A stretch of DNA of 64,000 nucleotides from the human T2T-CHM13v2.0 reference genome, Homo sapiens. The translations under genes were made by a program, and so were the position numbers. The stretch lies in NCBI RefSeq assembly GCF_009914755.1, contig NC_060928.1. One strand, 5' to 3'. The notes under the pieces are model-generated. The model worked only from the letters and a program-made list of their open reading frames with translations, had not been told where the DNA came from and did not search any database. This document shows, piece after piece, positions 1 to 12,834 of this stretch. How positions within the stretch are numbered: the stretch's first letter is position 1; each line of letters starts with the position of its first letter.

Positions 1-1639
1 AAAGAGAATGCATCATCTAATTTTCAAATGTTTTATCTTTCTAATTGAATTTCTAATTAGCACATGCTAGTAAAATGAAAATATTAATGAGATCCTCATA
101 GGTGCTTAATATAGTGATATCAAGTACTATCATACATATGTGTGTATATATACATATATATGCATGTGCATAAGTTCTGAAGAAAATTTTTATTATGCAA
201 GATAATTAAGTGTCATTTGACATAAAAATTTTGCAAAGAGGTAAAAAGTGGCATAAAATTAAAGAAAGTTAATTATCTGATCTTTCTCCTTTCGGCAATT
301 TACTTTCTTTTGTCCACAGATCAATCATCCTAATGCTCATTTCTTTAATTCCCTTTAATTACAACTGAGAAGTAAGCAAGTGAGATAGTAATTTCTACTG
401 AAATTTCCATGCTTAATCTGCAAATGTAGTGAGCACTGATATAGTCAAGGAACAGTGTGGCTGTTGTGAGAAATAGAAAATGGAGGACAGGAATTATACT
501 CAGTTTCCCCCATTATTCAGCAATAATAGAAAAAGTTAATTTACATTTTCTTCTTTAAAATGTACATTTTAAAATTTCAATACATTTATTGAATTGAGCA
601 ACAAAAGTAATGTGTAGGGTAGGCATTTCTGTAACTTTTTCTCCCTATTTTGTATTTTCATTTTTCTGTATTTTTTCTGTAAAGTTTTGTATATATATAA
701 ACTAAACTAAACTAAACTTGGAGGTTGAAATAAAACCCAGATTGACACTGTATATAGACAGCAGTACAATCCAGAAGGAATCTCTTTATATGGTCAGTGA
801 GAAACATTTCTATTTTTAACACTACTAAGGGGCTCCACTAATGAAGTTTGTCTGGCAGAGGATGTGACCTCAGTATTTTATAACACAGAAATTTCTCCTC
901 AAGGTAGAAAGCTGGCTCGAAGAAACCTGTGACTGTCATGTCCCTGAGGGGTGCTTTAGAGTTCATAGCTTCAGGATATCTGTGAAGTTCTGAAATTGCA
1001 GGCAATAATTTAAGCATTAGTCCCCATGTTTGTGTGTGTGTGCATGTGTGTGCACACCTGCATGATACTTTGGGGGGAAGTGGCCCATTTGGTATGATCC
1101 AGTTCTAAAATATGATTATCCATGACCCCCTCAAAGCTTAAGATCCCCTGAAATTTCAGCTTTCTGCTTTTTTGCAGGCAAAGATCTAATTTCTCCTCTC
1201 TTTTAAGTGAATTATCCTGCCCTTTAACAAATAGTGGCGATACGTTATTTTGGTCTTTACAATCCAGGAACACTATTGGTTTTGACAGGCTTTGCTCAAA
1301 TAAAGACTAGTTTCACTTCATTTCCAAGGCATTCAACTCTACCCAAGTGACATTTGTGAAAGCCATATATTTCATTTGTGCATTCCAATGATTTAATTTA
1401 GTAAGCTCAATAAGCTTATCTCTAGTCAAAGATAACATGGCATTTATGACTGTAGAGTGCGTGATTGAATGGGATTCTTCCTGCTTCAGTTTCAACTTAG
1501 ACTCCATTTTGTTGTTATCAGACACCAAAGATCCCGTGAGAAAAATTGACATATGGAGATTTTAAAAGACACTGGTTGAAACTCTTAATTCCGGAACTCT
1601 TTCACGTACTTAGGAAATACGCAAGAGAGTCATGGTCTC

Positions 1640-2766
1640 AAGAGAAGGTTTTAAGAAAGGGGTTATTAAAACTATTGCTTTGGAGAGTGCACTTCACATG
1701 CAGGCTGTTCCATCCTCTTTTGGGGGAGAGGCATTAGGCAGGGGTTTACTTTCCAGTCCCAATATTGAAGAGGGTGGGCTTCTAGGCATCCAATTGAAGA
1801 TCTTTGAAATAGTCAAAAAACCTTGAGGATAAGTGCCTGATCCCAACAAAGGAAGCTAAAGCAGTTAGTGTTCTGAGGTCTTTTCTTCCCAGGAGGTCCA
1901 GGAGAAGAGAGAGGGTCTGACTAACAGTGCTGGTGGCTGAGCCGGGAGATGCTGCTATGTTGAGATTGGTTCACTTTCTCCTAGCTTGTCAGGACACCGG
2001 ATGTGTGTCCTGATTGTTTCTGGTGAATTGGATGTGGGCTATGTGGTACAGGATCCTCTTGGGCCTGTCCATTTGGGATCTCAGGAGGGATAAGGGCTGC
2101 AAGTGTATTGCGGGATGCCCTTGGACAAGGGAAGGGTCAGAAGAATCCACATATAGACACTGATACGCCCAAGACAAGGGAATTTCAGACAAGAGGAGGA
2201 GCAGGGAACTATTCCCAAGCTCCTATAATCAAAATCATGAGACAGAGAGAGTAGATTTTAATCATCTGCCAAGTTTATGAAGAATACCAGCTTCACTGAT
2301 CTACTCTGTCCAGATAGCACAAAGCCACCCAAAGTAAATGTGGCACAGAGCCAAACAGCAGCTTGCAAGTGCAGGAAGAAAGGGAACTGCAGAGAGTAGA
2401 TAGTAGAGGCACCAGATACCACCTTAGCCCATTTTCCTCAAGCATCTAATTGGGGAAAAAAGAGATTTAAGGCTACATCAAGATTGGAATATTTTGAGTA
2501 TCTATCTTGTAATGGACATTCTAATTACTGGACTGAAAGGCATTTGCAAACTAAAGTGATCATATTGTGATATATTCCCTAAGAATGTGCAAAAAAAAAA
2601 AAAAAAAAAAAAAAAACCTTGGGACCTACCTGAGCTTCTATTCAGGGATGGGGAAGATGGCCTGTATGTCTTTTCCTAACCTACCATCCCCTAAGTGGGA
2701 GAGAAAAAAAAAAAGGTTGTACTTTATTCATATCTGAAGACCAGTCTGATTATCATATGAGTTACA
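1640..2766 (+). mobile_element. Ancient, diverged LTR (MamGypLTR-like, tentative)
   Basis: Purine-rich body and 3' end ...gattatcatatgagttaca resemble mammalian Gypsy-type LTR ends. Boundaries approximate. Confidence 0.3.
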
Positions 2767-2808
2767 CTGCTTAACAGAATCCAAGCAGTAAATACTATGA
2801 TTGATAAT

Positions 2809-3253
2809 TGTGGTGATTAATACTGAATGTCAACTTGATTGGATTAGAGGATGCAAAGTATTATGCCTGGGTGTGTCTGGAGGGTGTTGCCAATGGAGAT
2901 TAACATTTGAGTCAGTTGACTGGGAAAGGTAAACCCATACTTAATCTTGGTGAGCACAATCTAATCAGCTGCCAGCATGGCCAGAATAAAAAGCAGGCAG
3001 AATAACATGAAGACTAGACTGGCTTAGCCTCTCCGCCTACCTCTTTCTCCAGTGCTGGATGTTCCATGCCCTCAAACATTGGACTCCAAGCTCTTCAGCT
3101 TTGGGACTTCAACTGGCTTCCTTGCTCCTCGGCTTACAGATGGCCTATTGTGGGACCCTGTGATCGTGTGAGTTAATATGCCTTAATAAACTCACCTTTA
3201 TACATACATCAATCCTATTAGTTCTGTCCCTCTAGAGAACTGTGACTAATACA
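2809..3253 (+). mobile_element. 5' LTR, MLT2A1/MLT2A2
   Basis: tgtggtgattaatactgaatgtcaacttgattgg ... aataaa ... gactaataca, followed by the PBS. Confidence 0.92.
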
Positions 3254-3359
3254 GATTTTGGTACCAGGAGTGGTTCTAGAGGAAAAGAATATTAAAAATG
3301 GAGTTCTTTTGTTGGTTTTCAGGTTTCTGGAGTTGGCTTCTTAAAGTGATTAGCCATAA

Positions 3360-5040
3360 AAATGCTAAGGACTCTAATTCTAATAGTATGGAGAACAGAC
3401 AGTCCTTGGTGTGAACAATTTAGAGAGTTATTATGCAAAATAAATGCATTTGATACTCTTGATTCACCGCTCATGAAAGGCAAGGAGTTTAGTGACTCAA
3501 TACCTAATACCTTTGACCATATGTGGAGAACCAAGGAACATAATGAAGTTGGTTGGTTGCTCCTAAGTTCACTGGACAGAGTGATGAAAAAAAACGAACT
3601 CAGGGATTCTAACTAACTCCTGGCTTCAGAAGCAGATACTGAGCCTCAAATCTGCTAAGATTGCCCTGAGTGAGTCTTATCTCCTGCAGAGAAAGAGCTG
3701 AAATTGTGGAAAATCAGACACAGGCTATTACCATGTGAGTGGTTGACCTGCAACAAAAGGTGCACGCACAGCCTCGCCAGGTGTCTACTATTAAAGTGAG
3801 AGCATTGATTGGAAAACAATGGGACCTTGCAACTTGGAATGGGGATATGTGAGAGGACTTTGATGAAGCTGGGGACATTGAGCTTGTAAACTCTGATGAA
3901 CCTTTTCTGCCAGAAGGAACAGCTTCCCCATCCCCAGTAGTGGTAACATCCCCTCCCCAACCCATGCTGCTATTAGCCTTTCCATCTTTGTCTGAGGAGA
4001 TGAACCCTGCTCTGCCTGAGGCAAGAGTGATGGCCTCCCCTGAGGCAGTTGCTAGGCAAGATAATGTTGATTCTCCTCAGGAGCCCCCCTCCCCCCAACA
4101 CCCCTGCTTGCTTCTAGACTTATAACTAAAGTTTTGGCAGGCCCCTAGAGGTGAAGTTCAGAGTGTGACCCACAAGGAGGTGCACTACACTCGAAAAGAA
4201 CTCCTTGAGTTTTCCAATCTATATAAATAGAAATCTGGAGAACAGATATGGGAATGAATATTAAGGATATGAGAAATGGTAGAAGGAACATACAGTTGGA
4301 TCGGGCTGAATTTATTGATTTGGGCCCATTAAGTAGGGACTCTGCAATTAATGTTGCAGCTCAGGGAGTTAATAAAGGTTCTAATGGTTAATTTGCTTCA
4401 TTAGCTGAAATATGGATTAAAAGATGGCTCACTGTGAGAGAACTGGAAATGCCTGATTTCCTCCCTTGGTTTAATGTAGAGAAAGGGATTCAAAGGCTTA
4501 GGGAGATTGGGATGCTGGAGTGGATTAGTCACTTTAGGCCTACTCATCCCAGCTGGGAAAGTCCAGAAGATGTACCTTTTACCAATGCTTTGGAAAACAG
4601 ATTTGTGAAGGCAGCACCTGCGTCTTTGAAGAGTTCTGTATCTGTTGCTTTTCTCCGGATACCATATCTAACAGTGGGAACCATAGTCACTCAACAACAA
4701 AATTTAAATGCAATGGGGATAATTGGAACCCAAGGTGGCAGGAGCCAAGTGGTGGCACTCATCCATCAAAGGCACAGTGGGCATAGCTACCATCATGGAC
4801 AACAGAGGCAAAGCAGCAATCGGGATAGATTGATTTGTGTAGAGCTCTGGCATTGGCTAGTTAATCACAGTGATCCTAGAAGTGAAATTGATAGGAAACT
4901 TACTGCATTCCTACTTAATTTAAATAAGCAGAAAACTTCCAGGCCGAATGGACAAAAGACTAATTTGAATTATAAAAACAGAGCATCATGGCCCCTCAAT
5001 TAATTTTCAGACTAGAGCCAGTTTACAGAACCCTTTGCAT
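3360..5040 (+). pseudogene. HERV-L gag remnant (stops and frameshifts)
   Basis: ORF pieces such as 4434-5003 ELEMPDFLPWFNVEKGIQRLREIGMLEWI are typical ERVL gag. Confidence 0.85.
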
Positions 5041-5134
5041 GAAGGGGAGGCCAGGTCCCCTTGAGGAAGGACCCCACTACACTACCAACAATTTATGCTG
5101 TTAATCTTTCTCCCATCCTTCCCCAAAGGGACCT

Positions 5135-5977
5135 TTGGCCTTTCACCAGGGTAACTGTGCATGGGGGAAAGGAAATATTCAGACATTTCAGGGATTATTG
5201 GACACTGGCTCTGAGCAGACATTGATTCCAGGGGACCCAAAACATCACTGTGGTCCTCCAGTTAAGGTAGGGGGTTACGGAGGTCAGGTGATTAATGGAG
5301 TTCTAGCTCAGGTTGAACTTACAGTGGGCCCAGTGGGTTCTGGGACTCATCCTGTGGTTATTTCCCCTGTGCCAGAATGCAAACTTGACATAGACATACT
5401 TAGCAGCTGGCAGAACCCCCACATTAGCTCCCTGACTTGTAGGGTGAGGGCTATTATGGTGGGAAAGGCCAAATGGAAGCCATTAGAGCTGCCTCTACCT
5501 AGAAAAATAGTAAATCAAAAACAATATCGCATCCTTGGAGGGATTGTGGAGATTAGTGACACCATCAAGGACTTGAAAGACACAGGGGTGGTGAACCCCA
5601 CCACATCCCCATTCAACTCTCCTATTTTTCCTGTGCTGAAGACATGGATCTTGGAGAATGACAGTGTATTATTGTAAGCTTAACCAAGTGGTGACTCCAG
5701 TTGCAGCTGCTGTACCAGATGTGGTTTCATTGCTTAAGCAAATTAACACATTTCTTGGTACCTGATATGCAGCCCTTTATTTGTCAAATGCCTTTTTCTC
5801 CATTCCTGTCTGTAAGGCTCACCAGAAGCAGTTTGCCTTCAGCTGGCAAGGCCAGCAATATAGCTTTGCTGTCCTGCCTCAGGGGTATATCAACTCTTTG
5901 GCTTTGTGTCATAGTCTTGTTCAGAGAGACCTTGATCTATTTGCCCTTCCACAAGATATCACACTGGTCCATTACAT
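5135..5977 (+). pseudogene. HERV-L protease and RT N-terminal half
   Basis: LLDTGSE aspartyl protease motif; SPFNSPI; NAFFSIP...QFAFSWQGQQY...LPQGYINS; LVHYI. Confidence 0.9.
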
Positions 5978-6725
5978 TGAGGACTAAACTCTGATTTTTT
6001 TTTAACTTGCCCAAATTCCTATCTAAGCTATCTGGTGAGTCATGCCCTACAAATCATACATTCTCATCAGATGGATTTTATTTAACCCTATATATCGTAA
6101 CTTTCCAACCTGACTCTGGCATAACATTACTAGACAAAGAAGAAAATCAAAATATTTTACCCCCAAAACACATTTCTTTGATATATTTTGAAGTAGCCCT
6201 GGAAAGCTGTTCTTTGTTGGGGGAAATTTGCATATGTAAAGAATCTCTATTAACATAGCTAGATTTTTTTCTTCCAGACTCTCTCAATCCTAAAGAAATT
6301 AACTAAAATCTGAATAGGAAACATTTGTCATCTGTTGTCTCGAAGGGCAGCCAGTATAAGGCTTCAAAAGAACCTTAGTCTCCACAATCTTTTATCTTAA
6401 CCTGAACATTCCCTTTCTATCAATCCCAGGTCTTTAGACACAAACAACCAATTGTCCAGCAGAAAATATTTAAATTCACCTATAGCCTGGAAGCCCCCAC
6501 TTTGATTTGTCTTGCCTTTCTGGACCAAACCAATGTATTTCTTAAATGTGTTTGATTGATGTCTCATGCCTCTGTTAAATGTATGAAACCAAGCTGTGCC
6601 CCGACCACCTTGGTAACATGTTCTCAGGACCTCCTGAGTGCTGTATCATGAGCCATGGCCACTCGTATTTGGCTCAGAATAAATCTCTTCAAATATTTTA
6701 CAGAGTTCAACTCTTTTCATTGACA
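5978..6725 (+). mobile_element. MER4-group solo LTR (MER4D/E-like, ERV1) nested in HERV-L pol
   Basis: tgaggactaaactctga...cagaataaatctcttcaaatattttacagag...gaca; 4-bp TSD ACAT at 5974-5977 and 6726-6729. Confidence 0.88.
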
Positions 6726-6779
6726 ACATTATGACATTATGCTGATTGGATCCAGTGAGTCATAAGTAGCAAACACACT

Positions 6780-7450
6780 GGGCTCATGCTCATAGAATTC
6801 ATCTTACCATGTTCCCCATCATCCTGAAGAAGCTGGATTGATAGAACTGTGGAATGGCCTTTTGAAGTCACAATGATAATGCCAGCTAGGTAACAATACT
6901 TTGCAGAGCTGGGGCAAAGTTCTCCAGAATGTCGTGTATGCTCTGAAGCAGTGTCCAACACATGGTGCTGTTTCTCCCATAGCCAGGATTCACAGGTCCA
7001 GAAATCAAGGGGTGGAAGTGGAAGTGGCACCACTCACCATCACCCCTAGTGACCCACTAGCAAAATTTTTGCTTCCTGTTCCTGTGACATTATGTTCTGC
7101 TGGCCTAGAGGTCTTAGTTCCAGAGGGAGGAATGCTGCCACCTGGAGACACAATAACGATTTCATTAAACTGGGAGTTAAGATTGCCACCTGGACACTTT
7201 GGGCTCCTCCTACCTTAAAGTCAACAGGCTAAGAGGGGGTAACTGTGTTGACTGGGGTGATTGACCTGGACTATCAAGATGAAATCAGTATACTACTCCA
7301 CAATGGAGGTAAGTAAGAGTATGCATAGAATACAGGAGATCCATTAGGGCGTCTCTTAGAATCACCATGCCCTGTGATTAAGGTCAATGGGAAGCTACAA
7401 CAGCCCAGTCCAAGCAGGACTACAAAATGGCCCAGATCTGTCAAAAATGA
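6780..7450 (+). pseudogene. HERV-L integrase C-terminal part and dUTPase remnant
   Basis: YHVPHHPEEAGLIE; ORF 6901-7218 ...PPGDT..LNWELRLPPGHFGLLLP, followed by GVIDLDYQ. Confidence 0.85.
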
Positions 7451-7895
7451 AGATTTCGGTCACTCCATCAGGAAAAAAACCCCATGACCTACTGAGGTGC
7501 TTGCTGAAGGCAGAGGGAATACAGAATGGGTAGTAGAAGAAGATAGTCACTAATACCAGCTACGAACACATGACCAGTTGCAGAAATGAGGACTGTAATT
7601 GTCATGAGTATTTCCTTATTCTTTTGTTAAAAACATGTTTGTGCATGTATACACTTGTACTAGAAAATTTCTTCATTTTATTTCCTTTTTTCCTTTATCA
7701 TGTGACATAAGATTTATTGACTTCATATCAGCGTTTAAGTGTTGTTAATTTTGTGTAATAGCATTTGGGTTGTGGATTGGTGCATTTCTGGTTGTATTTT
7801 GTTAGGTGTAATTATGACCTTATTATTGTCTTTATTTGAAGATTACATATGATTTCAGGAAATGTGTATGAATTCAAGTTGACAAGGGGTGAACT

Positions 7896-8353
7896 TGTGA
7901 TGGTTAATACTGAGTGTCAACTTGATTGGACTGAAGGATGCATAGTATTGTTCCTGGGTGTGTCTGTAAGGGTATTGACAAAGGAGATTAACATTTGAGT
8001 CAGTGGACTGGGAAAGGCAGACTCACCCTTAATCTGGGTGGGCACAATCTAATCATCGGCCAACACAGCTAGAATAAAAGCAGACAGAAGATCATGAAAA
8101 GACTACACTGGCCTAGCCTCCCAGCCTACATCTTTCTCTGGTGCTGGATGCTTCTTGCCCTCAAACATCGGACTCCAAGTTCTTCAGCTTTGGGACTTGG
8201 ACTGGCTTCCTTGCTCTTCAGCTTGGAGATGGCTTACTGTGGGACCTTGTGATCGTGGGAATTAATACTCTTTAATAAACTCCCCTTTATATATACATCA
8301 ATTCTATTAATTGTTCTGTTAATAGTTCTGTCCCTCTAGAGAACCCTAATACA
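7896..8353 (+). mobile_element. 3' LTR, MLT2A1/MLT2A2
   Basis: Homologous to 2809-3253, preceded by PPT gacaaggggtgaact. Confidence 0.92.
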
Positions 8354-8359
8354 ATAATT

Positions 8360-9528
8360 CTTTTTTTTGTTTGTTTCTTTTTTTAATTTTTTATTTTATT
8401 ATACTTTAAGTTTTAGGGTACATGTGCACAACATGCAGGTTTGTTACACATGTATACATGTGCCATGTTGGTGTGCTGCACCCATTAACCCGTCATTTAA
8501 CATTAGGTATCCCTAATGCTATCCCTCCCCCGTCCCCCCACCCACAACAGGCCCCGGTGTGTGATGTTCCCCTTCCTGTGTCCATGTGTTCTCATTGTTA
8601 AATTCCCACCTATGAGTGAGAACATGTGGTGTTTTGTTTTTTGTCCTTGCAATAGTTTGCTGAGAATGATGGTTTCCAGCTTCATCTGTGTCCCTACAAA
8701 GGACGTGAACTCATCATTTTTTATGGCTGCATAGTATTCCATGGTGCATATGTGCCACATTTTCTTAATCCAGTCTATCATTGTTGGACTTTTGGCTTGG
8801 TTCCAAGTCTTTGCTATTGTGAATAGTGCCGCAATAAACATATGTGTGCATGTGCCTTTATAGCAGCATGATTTATATATACCCAGTGGTGGGATGGCTG
8901 GGTCAAATGGTATTTCTAGTTCTAGATCCCTGAGGAATCACCACACTGACTTCCACAGTGGTTGAACTAGTTTACAGTCCTACCAACAGTGTAAAAGTGT
9001 TCCTATTTCTCCACATCCTGTTGTTTCCTGACTTTTTAATGATTGCCATTCTAACTGGTGTGAAATGGTATCTCACTGTGGTTTTGATTTGCATTTCTCT
9101 GATGGCCAGTGATGATGAGCATTTTTTCATGTGTCTGTTGGCTGCATAAATGTCTTCTTTTGAGAAGTGTCTGTTCATATCCTTCGCCCACTTGTTGATG
9201 GGGTTGTTTGTTTTTTTCTTGTAAATTTATTGCAGTTTATTGTAGATTCTGGATATTAGCCCTTTGTCAGATGAGTAGATTGCAAAAATTTTCTCCCATT
9301 CTGTAGGTTGCCTGTTCACTCTGATGGTAGTTTCTTTTGCTGTGCAGAAGCTCTTTAGTTTAATTAGATCCCATTTGTCAATTTTGGCTTTTGTTGCCAT
9401 TGCTTTTGGTGTTTTAGACATGAAGTCCCTGCCCATGCCTATGTCCTGAATGGTATTGCCTAGGTTTTCTTCTAGGGTTTTTATGGTTTTACGTCTAACA
9501 TTTAAGTCTTGAATCCATCTCGAATTAA
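8360..9528 (-). mobile_element. L1PA, 5'-truncated (3' end of ORF2, 3'UTR, tail)
   Basis: Poly-T, then tatactttaagttttagggtacatgtgc; ORF2 fragments [10 protein letters not shown] and [16 protein letters not shown]. Confidence 0.95.
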
Positions 9529-12242
9529 TCTTTTTTTAAATGAAATATTCCTTTTTTTTCTCAGTGCCATAGATAATAGATGGGTGGACTGTAACAGTAC
9601 CTAGTTTTCAGCTGAAGCATTTTAATCTCCATCATTTCCACTATTAAAAGAACTAAATCATGCCTGCTTAATACGTCGTGTGTGTTCGATACTATTTAGG
9701 TTATATAATAGTATAGCTCATTTGAAACTTAGTGATTCTCAGAAAAATCTGAGTATTGCTTATGTTACTAAGAGTTTGTCATCTGGGGTCAATACTTATC
9801 ATGCCATATTGCTGTGTCCCCTATCTCCCATTGGAGATGAGAAAACTCTGACTTTTAGTGTCAGACTGTCTGGAAATCACAATGTGAAATTATCTTCTAA
9901 ACTAATTCAGCTAAATCACATTTAATATCAGATTTTAGTGACTTTCTCATGACTGTTTATCAACTCCCAAATGACTCTTTAATTAATTGTTTCTCCTTTA
10001 CTGGCTCATTTTCTGTCAGATCCCTTTCCTTAGAGTGTTGTTTTATCCCTGTGTGGCAGAAAGACTGTCTGAGATTGTGCTGTTATTAAATGTAGTCTGG
10101 CATAATTTAAGCACATTACCTTGATGATGGTGATGTCACTCAGGTACTTGGCCTACAAGGAGCTAGTACAATTTCACTTATTTCATTTTAATGGATCCCC
10201 TTGGTTTTGAGCCTATAAACTAAAATACCATTGCAGTACCCTCCCTCCAGCAATCTCAAACTTAATTATTCCACTCCAGGAAGCTGTCTGATGGCCCTGC
10301 AGAGACCTGTTTTTGCACTAAAACGCAATCCCTTATTGTGTGACAAAATTACTTTTGTTTCATGTTCTTTTCTTTATTTATTTACAAACAGCATGGAAAA
10401 GCACTTCTCAGCACAACTTAATAGGTGATTACCACAAATTTGATTTTGAGATTTAGATTGAATAGTTGTTAAAGTTTTCTTTGTATTCTTTCCTTTGTAA
10501 TCATGATGACTTCTTAAATACTATTCCAAGTACTGGGCATTGTGGGTAATGTGGCATAAATTGCCAAGATAGCTGACTCAAATCTTTTCCCCTACTTAGT
10601 TTTGATATTATTTATTAAGTTTCATAGCTTGGATGACACCTCTTATAAGCCCATCTCTACCAATATCTTTTTTGCTGCTTTGAGCAAATTTAGTTTTCTA
10701 AGCTAAAATTTCTAAGTGGTTTTGCAGAAAGCAGAAAAGACAGAGACACATTGCAGAAAAAGGTGTGGAAAGATTAGAGATTCATAGATGTTGCCATTTG
10801 CAGTACAAAGTTATCTATGACAATGGTCAGTAATATATTTCATAAATGATCAAAAGTTTTCACTTACAATTTCAACATTTTCACAATTGTATAATAACCA
10901 AGAAATACTTAGTTTTGTTCATAGTCAAAAAGAAGGTTGAATTGAGAGCCAGAAACTCTGTAGTATTTTGCAAGGGACATATTTGTCTCTAGTCATCACT
11001 TTGGTCTATGGGGACTAATAGGAAACGAACTTCTTGCTTCTGTCACATTTTTTGAAGACAAAGGGACAGCCCATGGATGTGCTGTATTTTCTATTAATAA
11101 CATGTTCTTTCTCTTCCTAGTTTCCTAGGCTTTGAAAAAAATGGTGAAGAGAGAGAGAAAAGAGTAAGAGGGACTGGCATACTTACACTTTGTGTGTGCA
11201 TGCAGTTTTTAATTTTGTGCTTTTCAACCCTCTCTCATCAGTGCAAGAAATTAAATGCATGAGAATTAATATGCTCAAGTCAATAGGTGAAGCAATAAGC
11301 TATAACGGAAGAGAAAGGGCTTCCATCATGCACAAGCTTTATAGACATTTAATTCCCTATGTGGACAGGAGGTTTACTTATCTGCACAAGAGCTTCACAC
11401 AAAACAAGAATTAGATTCTCTTCATTTTGAGTTTGCAATCCTACTTCATACAACAACTGTGGAATTGAGAAAGAAAAATAAATGCAGAGATAGACAATAT
11501 TTGGAAAAGGAGTCAGAATGAAACTGAATTACACTTGTTTATTTTGAGTTTGGGAGAATGTGGAGAAAAACAGATTGAATTAACACACACAGAAACCACA
11601 AACACTTTTTTCAAAAACTCATTTTAGTTTATCTTCCCTGAACAAACTGAGCAATATTTAGTGAAGCTCTGTCTTAGTCCCTGTGACCACTTTTAAATTA
11701 CAGGATGGTCAGAGGAGGATTGGTGAGCACCTGGAAGATTGACAAGTCACTTCCGGCAGAGCAGGCAGATGTGAGTTTCACTTAATCTTTTGTCTCAAAA
11801 ATGAAAGGTTCCCCATAAAATGAGTTACTATATTTTGCAGGCACATTGACAGAGATACAGATTTTCATAGAAGTTATTTGGTAAGTCTTAGAGATAAACA
11901 AACACTAATATTAAGAACTCATAAAAAATGTGAATTTAAATATTCTTCCTAAGATCTATTATCAAAGATTTTAAGACTGAAGGCTAATATATCATAACAT
12001 AAAACCTATATACTGTTACCACACAACTGAGGCTCATAGTTTCTTATTCAAAGAGAGCTAATAGGTTAAAATGGGACAATAGTCCTGAATTAATTTTGAA
12101 AATGTTTAGAATGTTATCAATAAACCTGCAGCATTGATTTTTATTTTGATCACAATACATTTCTTTTTTTGCTACCCTTACAAAGATAGTATTTTTCATG
12201 TTCAACAAAACAAATATTACATATTTTTTAAAAGTGTCTTTG

Positions 12243-12566
<324 letters not shown>

Positions 12567-12646
12567 TTATCCAACAAATACTAATTAATGGTACTTTGTG
12601 TTGTATGGTTAGGTTTGTTTTAATCTATCAAATAAAAGAATTTTAG

Positions 12647-12834
12647 GCAGGGTGCATACAGATTTTGTAGTTCCTAAAGCTTATAAAAATGTGGAAGCTT
12701 TCTAAAAGGAATAAAATACTAAATTACAAACATACAACTACTGGGGCTACTCCTAGGACCTTGGCATGGGTGTGATTTAGTGAGGGCCTTGAAGTTTAAG
12801 CTTCTAAATTAGCTTCATAGTTAATCCTTCCCTG
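12647..12834 (+). mobile_element. MER53-like hAT DNA transposon
   Basis: cagattttgtagttcctaaagcttata...gagggccttgaagtttaagcttc...agcttcatagttaatccttccctg. Confidence 0.6.

Larger units (their letters stand above)
2809..8353 (+). mobile_element. HERV-L provirus (MLT2A LTR - gag - pro/pol with deletion - dUTPase - LTR), defective
   Basis: Two homologous TG...CA LTRs; 5-bp TSD ATAAT at 2804-2808 and 8354-8358; PBS tggtaccaggagtgg at 3259; PPT before 7896; gag, protease, RT, IN and dUTPase fragments. Confidence 0.95.

Noticed and set aside
2591-2616. A26 tract as a retrocopy tail
   Set aside because: No TSD or retroposon body; most likely a mononucleotide expansion.
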